Shown here: piece after piece, positions 55,994 to 64,000 of the stretch
How the letters are laid out: each line of letters opens with the position of its first letter
How positions within the stretch are numbered: the first letter of the stretch is position 1
Assembly (NCBI GenBank): GCA_964016885.1
Contig: OZ024759.1
Coordinates: forward strand, 30,442,001-30,506,000
DNA from: Eledone cirrhosa
Taxonomy: Eukaryota
Direction: 5' to 3'
DNA length: 64,000 nucleotides
Translations under genes and position numbers: made by a program
The notes under the pieces: model-generated
What the model was told of the DNA's origin: nothing
The model's input: the letters and a program-made list of their open reading frames with translations, nothing else
Database searches by the model: none

Positions 55994-56024
55994 CAACAAG
56001 TATAATAATACCACCAACAACATT

Positions 56025-56071
<47 letters not shown>

Positions 56072-56096
56072 GTATACTAATACCACCAACAGCATT

Positions 56097-56128
<32 letters not shown>

Positions 56129-56180
56129 GTATAATAATACCACCAACAACATTAACAACAACAACAACTATAATAATACC

Positions 56181-56212
<32 letters not shown>

Positions 56213-56240
56213 CAACAAGTATAATAATACCACCACCACC

Positions 56241-56272
<32 letters not shown>

Positions 56273-56285
56273 CTATAATAATACC

Positions 56286-56317
<32 letters not shown>

Positions 56318-56384
56318 CAAGTATAATAATACCACCAACACCACCAACAACAACAACAACAACAACAACAAGTATAATAATACC

Positions 56385-56416
<32 letters not shown>

Positions 56417-56614
56417 CAACAAGTATAATAATACCACCAACAACAACAACAACAGGAAGCTGACAAGTTAGAAATTTTATTTTGAATTCCTTCTTCTTGT
56501 AAACAGAAATAGATTTCAGAATACTAACAGAATAATAATTCTTTTGAAATGTACAACACTGGAAGAAGAGAACTGTAACATAAATAACAACAACAACAAT
56601 AGTAGCAACAATAG

Positions 56615-56646
<32 letters not shown>

Positions 56647-57235
56647 ACAACAATAACAATAGCAACAGTAACACAAGTAGCAACAGCAGTAAGAATAGCA
56701 ACAACAACAACAACAGTGACAATATTAGCAGCAGCAGCAGCAGCATCAGCAACAACAACAACAATAACAATAGCAACAATAACAGGAACAATAGTAACAA
56801 TAGCAACAGTAACAATAGCGACAATAACAGCAATAGCAACAGCAACTGTAACAACAGCAACAGCAACTACAACAGCACAGTGATAATAGCAGCACCAACA
56901 GCAACTAGAGTGAGAACAACAACAACAACAACAACAGCAGCAACAACAGCAACAACAACAATAATAACAATAGCAACAATAACAGTAACAATAGTAACAA
57001 TAGCAACAGTAACAATAGCGACAATAACAGCAATAGCAACAGCAACTGTAACAACAGCAACAGCAACTACAACAACACAGTGACAATAGCAGCACCAACA
57101 GCAACTAGAGTGACAATAGCAACAACAACAACAGCAGCAGCAGTAGCAACAGCAACAACAACAACGGTGACAATAGCAACAACAACAGTGTCAACTATAG
57201 TAGCAGCAACAACAACAAAACTAGTAGCAACATCA
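55905..57235. repeat. Compound AAC/ACC/AGC minisatellites
   Basis: ATAATAATACCACCACC-(ACA)n units, and a duplicated AATAGTAACAATAGCAACAGTAACAATAGCGAC block. Confidence 0.88.
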
Positions 57236-57312
57236 AAACAGGAGTGCCATTATCATTTGACACGACAACACTAGTAACAGCATCAGTGCCAATACCACCG
57301 AGCATACAACAG

Positions 57313-57780
57313 TGGTTAGCTTGGCATTTCATCCTTACGGGATCGATAAAATAAAATACCAGTAATGCACTGAGGTTGATTTAATCGACTTTTCTCTTAA
57401 TCCCAAAATTGTTGGTCTGTGCCTAAACTAAAGCCCATTAATTCGTCACAAGGACGCTGGATTGGTTGTACCGGTGGAGCGTTGGACGCCATGCTTTGCA
57501 CCATAGAGTTACGTCCTTTTTTGGTCTGAGTTCAAATCCTGCCGAGGTTAACTTTGCCTTTCATCCTTACTGGGTCGATAAAATAAAGTACCAGTAACGT
57601 ACTGGGTAATTGCTGGCCTTGTGCAGAAAGCTAATGCTTACGGCGAGGAATTGGCAGTATCCGTAGAGCGTCGGACGACATGATTTGCGTCATTGAGTTA
57701 CGTCTCTTTCCGCTTTGCGTTCAAATCCCGACGAAGCTAGCTTTGCCTTTTATCTATGTACCTTGTGCACAGAAACCATT
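57313..57780 (+). mobile_element. Three head-to-tail family A SINEs or fragments
   Basis: Copies at ~57313-57442, ~57455-57630 and ~57640-57780. Confidence 0.82.
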
Positions 57781-58502
57781 ACAAACCACTATAATTTTAT
57801 ACAAGATTCTTCCTTGTGTTAGGCTTCCAAAACCAACTTAATAACGAGGCTATTAGTTGCATTGTTAATATCCTCCGATTTTCTGATTAATTTAAAACAA
57901 TTTTTCAAACCATTGGCAGTGTCTTTTATAAAAAAACAACTTGCTAACTAAAGAGTTAACCGAAATTTGATAAAATTGTTTCATAACATAGAAACATCGG
58001 CATGTGGCAAATATTATAGTGAAAAAAAATCTAACATGGAAACCATTGCACTAGCGTAAAGATAAATTGGTTTAATGGCGTCGATGAATTAATAAAATCA
58101 ACTAAAAGCTGTTTGATATTACTATGAGAAGTAAATTAATGTTCACATATTGTGCAGTCGCTCTATGTTGACTTGGTCTGCAGAATTAAAAAGAAAAACG
58201 AGTATTAGAAGCATATGGAAAAATCATATGAACAATTACAAAATAGAAACGGAAACGGATTGGGAAAATACGAGAAAAAAATCAAAGAAAAAATATAATT
58301 AACGTCTAAAATATTAACAGGAAAAGGCAGGCTTAAAGTGGTGTAGTTAAATAGTTAATTTCGCAAACATATAATTCCTTGTTCGATTACGGTTAAGAAA
58401 CAAAAAATATGATAGACAGAGTGATAAAAAAGGATAGGCTAATGAGAAGGAAGTAATACAGAAAAGTGGGGAAAAAAAAGGACACCTATAAAGGAACTAA
58501 TT

Positions 58503-58620
58503 ATTTCTGTTGTTGAATCTTTTCGTAGTACTCTTTTCCATGTACTGAAAAATATTGTTTATAGTTGGTAGACATCCTTTGACAATCTTTGTAGTTTTTT
58601 AATGATCAACTTCAAGATGT

Positions 58621-58706
<86 letters not shown>

Positions 58707-58975
58707 ACTGGTTTTTCTGTCGTTGATTCTGTACGTAACCTCCACGATCTTGTTGGTAGATCTTTGACAATATATTGTATCTCTACTCTTGGTACTTATT
58801 TAATGATTAGATTCAAAAAGTCCTGTCACTCAGACTGATCATGTTTCTGTTGTTGAATCTTTTCATAGATTCCATGTGCAGAGAGATCTTGTTTATAGTT
58901 GGTAGACCTTTGACAATATATTCTATCTCTATTCTTGGTAGTTTTTTTTAAGTTCAGCTTTAAGATGTCCTCTCT
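58503..58975. repeat. Three diverged ~120-bp direct repeats
   Basis: TTTCTGTTGTTGAATCTTTTC...GTTGGTAGA...TTTGACAAT...AAGATGTCC recurs at ~58503, ~58712 and ~58843. Confidence 0.75.
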
Positions 58976-59331
58976 AGCTCTCTCATTGCTTGTTGCTACA
59001 TTGGAACAGATAGTGCCAAAATGTTTCTTGGCATTCCATTCACCACAAGAACATATATATGTATATATACATGTATAAGTGTATATGTATATATGTGTAT
59101 ATGTATATTTATATATATACACACACATATATATATATATGATCAGCTTCAAGATGTAAGTGTGTGTATGTACATATATATATATGTGCATGTATTTATG
59201 AATGTATGTGTGTGTATGTACATATATATGTATGTGCATGTATCTATGAATGTAAGTGTGTGTATGTACATATATATGTATGTGCGTGTATCTATAAATG
59301 TATGTGTGTGTATATCTATGTAAGTGTATGC

Positions 59332-59392
<61 letters not shown>

Positions 59393-59411
59393 GTAGTACA
59401 GACATATCTAT

Positions 59412-59522
59412 CTAGTTGATGTTGTTTAAATTCCAATGAGAGAGTCTTGTGTCTATGTTAGAAACCGAATCTCTCTCTATTGGGAAAACATTTGTGAAAT
59501 TATAAAACCAGAAGAACATACA
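59412..59522. repeat. ~105-bp dispersed duplicate (copy 2)
   Basis: Highly similar to 43461-43570. Confidence 0.85.
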
Positions 59523-60543
59523 TACAGATATATGCACATACATACACACATACGTACTTTCATATATATACACATACGAACATAAATATATATACGTACA
59601 TACATCCATACACGAACATACACACATATATGCATACGCATACACTTACATAGATATACACACACATACATTTATAGATACACGCACATACATATATATA
59701 TGTACATACACACACTTACATTCATAGATACATGCACATACATATATATGTACATACACACACATACATTCATAAATACATGCATATATATATATATATA
59801 TGTACATGCACACACTTACATACAAAGATACACAAACACACACACATACATACATACACACTCACACAGAGTTACGTGCATGTAAAACCCAAAACAAGCT
59901 ATATTTCAGCAATTCTATTCAGCAAGATGTCACCAGAAACAGCCGAGATTCCATCTTTGGTGAAAAAACAAAAACAAACAAACAATATTTCTCTATAATC
60001 CCCAGACTGGTTTATCGAGTTGCAAAATGGCGGATTTCGTAAAGATATGAAAATGAAATTTGACAGCATTTTCACTCTTGCTAATAAAATTTAGTAATTT
60101 GTTAATATAATGTTTAAATGTACATTGTTCTTGGAAAAAATAAAAGAAATATCGGTGTGTATATGAGTGTGTATATCTCTATGTATATGTGGCTTACAAC
60201 GCAATGGCAGGAATCGAGACTTGCTATGGAAAAGATGTAAATGTTACGAATCTTAGGGAAAGCTGGGCGTGGTCCATGGTACGTAGTATGTGGTTCGTGG
60301 GAGGTGGTTCGCGGGTGGTGGTACGTAGTATGTGATTAGTGGGAGGTGGCTCGTGGGTGGTGGTATCTGAAACGTTAAATGAAGTCTATCTTGTGGATAA
60401 ATGGGAAATAATAGCAGTTAAGTATGAAGAATCTGTAGCTAAAGTTTGAGTAAATCTCCACTCACTTACACACACACATACATATATGTACACATACGCA
60501 CACACACATATATGTCTATATGTATATATGAATGCATATCTGC

Positions 60544-60574
<31 letters not shown>

Positions 60575-60592
60575 ATGGCTCCGTTAATTTAT

Positions 60593-60728
<136 letters not shown>

Positions 60729-60747
60729 ACATATATATATGTATATA

Positions 60748-60803
<56 letters not shown>

Positions 60804-61749
60804 TATACTTAAATTATGTTTATATATATATATATATGTGTGTACATATATGTACATAAATTGTATATATATATATATTATACACACACACACAATCTCT
60901 TTAGAAATGAGTTATCTCCAAAACCGACAAAAGAAACAAAAAAGCCTAGATAAAAGACAATAACACTTAAAACCGTAACATAAAATATAAAATATATAAC
61001 AGATAATATATAATACATAATAGATAATATATAATATATAATAGATAATAGATAATATATAATATATAATATATAATATATAATATATAATATATAATAT
61101 AAAATATCCTATATTAAGTGGAAATCAGGTTTAGTTTTAGAAACGTCAGCTATCAAATACGATAGTGTAGAGACTACCCTATGACAGATATTCCAAAAGT
61201 ATGAATAACTTTCCAATGGGGCGGTGTCAGACTTTATAACAAAACATAAAATATTAAAGAATGTAAACTAAACCAAAAATAAAAGTACTAAAAGCAACCC
61301 CTCACGAAATAAGTAAAAAAAAAAACCCCAAAATATACAAAGACAATATATAAATATACGACAGAAAATATGAGACAGAATACAATGACATATTTCGTTA
61401 GAGAATCTCTGTATTCTTCTTCTTCAAAGGAAGGAAAAGAGAGAAGGATGGTTGGAATGGTAAATGATAACTGACAATTCTTTGTTAGGTTCCAGATAAA
61501 AGGAAAACATCTATGATATAGTGATTATTAATAAAATATAAGACAGCTATTGAAAAGTTCTACACGAAGAACTACTTTGGTGTCATTGTGCTGGTCTATC
61601 GTTACAAAATATCGTTATAATGCATATGTCCTAAAAACGCAACCTTCAATGATCCGCCATTTTGTTTGTCTTACTTTCTGTCTTTCTCTTTCTCTCACTC
61701 GGTGTTTTTTTTTTCTTTTTCTGCTTCCTTTCTCTTTATTCTGCCCTCT

Positions 61750-62028
61750 CATCATCATCATCATCATCATCATTGTCAGCATCGTCATCATTGACATCAT
61801 CATCATCGTCATCATCATCATTATCATCATCATAATCATCATCGTCATCATTGCCATCATCTCAACATCATAATGATCAGCGCCGTCGTCGTCATCATCA
61901 TCATCATCATCATCATAGTGGTTATCGTCATCGTCATCATCAACGTCATCACCATCATAATGATGATGATCATTATCATCATCATTATCATCCTCCTCCT
62001 TCCTCACCATCATCATCAATCGTCATCG

Positions 62029-62083
<55 letters not shown>

Positions 62084-62286
62084 TATCATTATAATCACTA
62101 TCATCACTACCTCCATCATCATCATAAATATCATCATCATCATCATCATAACCTACTGTCATCATTATATTTCCCATCATCATCATCATCACCATCAATA
62201 TCATCATTATCAGCGTCATCATCGTCATCAACTCTTTCTCTCACGCACTATCTCTCTTTCCCTCTTTCTCTTCCTCCCTCTCACTA

Positions 62287-62320
<34 letters not shown>

Positions 62321-62543
62321 CCCTCTTTCTCTCTCTTTCTCTCCCCCTTTCTCTCCTTTCTCTCTCTCTCTCTTTCTCTCTCCCTCTTACGCTTTCCTCC
62401 TCTGACGCAATTTCTTTGCTTGGTGTGGAAACACATCTTCCCTTCCTTATCCTCATCCTCAAACTCCTACTAGTTCTTCTTCTTCTTCTTCTTCTTCTTC
62501 TTCTTCTTCTTCTTCTTCTTCTTCTTCTTCTTCTTCTTCTTCA

Positions 62544-62574
<31 letters not shown>

Positions 62575-62710
62575 CTTCTTCTTCTTCTTCTTCTTCTTCT
62601 TCTTCTTCTTCTTCTTCTTCGCCTTCTTCTTCTTTGCCTTCTTCTTCTTCTTCTTCTTCTTCTTCTTCTTCTTCTTCTTCTTCTTCTTCTTCTTCTTCTT
62701 CTTCTTCTGT
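61750..62710. repeat. (CAT)n, (CT)n and (CTT)n microsatellite tracts
   Basis: Visible directly in the sequence. Confidence 0.92.
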
Positions 62711-62935
62711 TACAGTTCAATTGTTTTTTCCTTCAGTTTTCTTCCTCTTCTCATAAAAAGATAAAAAGAAAAAAATATTGCACACACACGTGCACATACT
62801 CATACACACATATACACATACTCACACACACACACACACACACATACACACATACGTATACTCACACACACACTCACATATGCATACAGACATATACAGA
62901 TACACACATAAACATACACATACAGACACACACAG

Positions 62936-63021
<86 letters not shown>

Positions 63022-64000
63022 CAATACAAGGAAAAAACAAAGCAAATAATTAATGAAAAAAGAAATGATCACCACAAAAACCACCAACACAACAACAACA
63101 ACAGCATGAAACAACAACAACAACAACAACAGCGTGAACAACAAGAACAACAACAGCAGCAAGAACAATAACAACAACAATAGCAACAACAACAGCAAGA
63201 ACAATAACAACAACAACAATAACAACAACAACAACAACGACAAGAACAACAATAACAACAACAACAATAACAACAAAAGAAACAAAATGGACGAGAAAAC
63301 AATATGAAAGACATTCTTAAAACGAAAGAAAACTTTCATTAAATTCTATTAATCATTAATCTAGTTGATTGACATGTCGCTAATTGTAGCTGCCAAATTA
63401 AACACTCTCGCAAGAAGATTTATAACTTTGTATTTTGAAAGGAAAACTATGAAACTATAATGAATGGCAATCGTTCCTGTAATTCTAACGACAGAATACA
63501 TGTTTTAGCAAACATACAGCGGCCATTTTAGAATATGGAGAAAAAGGTAAAAAAATGAATAAATAGAGACCAAAACCCCGCCACCAACTCCGACTCCAAC
63601 ACCACTAACAACAACAACAACAACAGCAGCACCAACAACACCAACATTAAGACCAGCACCACGTCCATTAACACCGCCACCACCTCCAACACCACACCTA
63701 TACCGCGGACACCACCACCAACACTATCAACACCTCTACCACCAACACCACAAACACTAACACCACCAACACCACCGACACCGACAACAACAACACCGAC
63801 AACACAACCATTAGCACCACCAACAACACCGCCATTACCACCACCACCACCACCATCATCATCATCACTGCCTTCATGTTACAGTAATTATGGACGACGA
63901 ATCCAATGCGATTGAAATGATAATAAATTTAAATGAAATGGTTTTAAGCTGACAACAACAACAACAACGACAGTAACAACAACAACGACAATAACAACAA

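Overview
AT-rich eukaryotic non-coding DNA dominated by microsatellites ((TA)n, (CA)n, (CT)n, tri-/tetranucleotides), minisatellites, tRNA-derived SINEs, 5'-truncated RTE-clade LINE fragments and small DNA-transposon MITEs. The SINE sequences match my recollection of octopod cephalopod repeats (inference, no search run). No convincing protein-coding gene is present: nearly all supplied ORFs are translations of simple repeats, and the only recognisable peptides are degenerate RTE LINE ORF C-termini. The most notable signal is a dense set of hammerhead-ribozyme (HHR) motifs of the type associated with Penelope-like elements (PLEs). Three look structurally complete: 5646-5762 (+), 38704-38802 (+, with a compensatory U3-A8 core pair) and 48683-48718 (-). 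Several more are degenerate. Most are followed by a short AT-rich tail running into a microsatellite, and several lie in fold-back palindromes. One repeat family carries the two halves of a hammerhead-like junction at its opposite ends. Also notable are SINE-seeded tandem arrays (including 17 copies of a Pol III A-box head) and a 4.5-kb 30-bp minisatellite with a 1134-bp higher-order period. All structures were folded by eye, and no activity has been tested.
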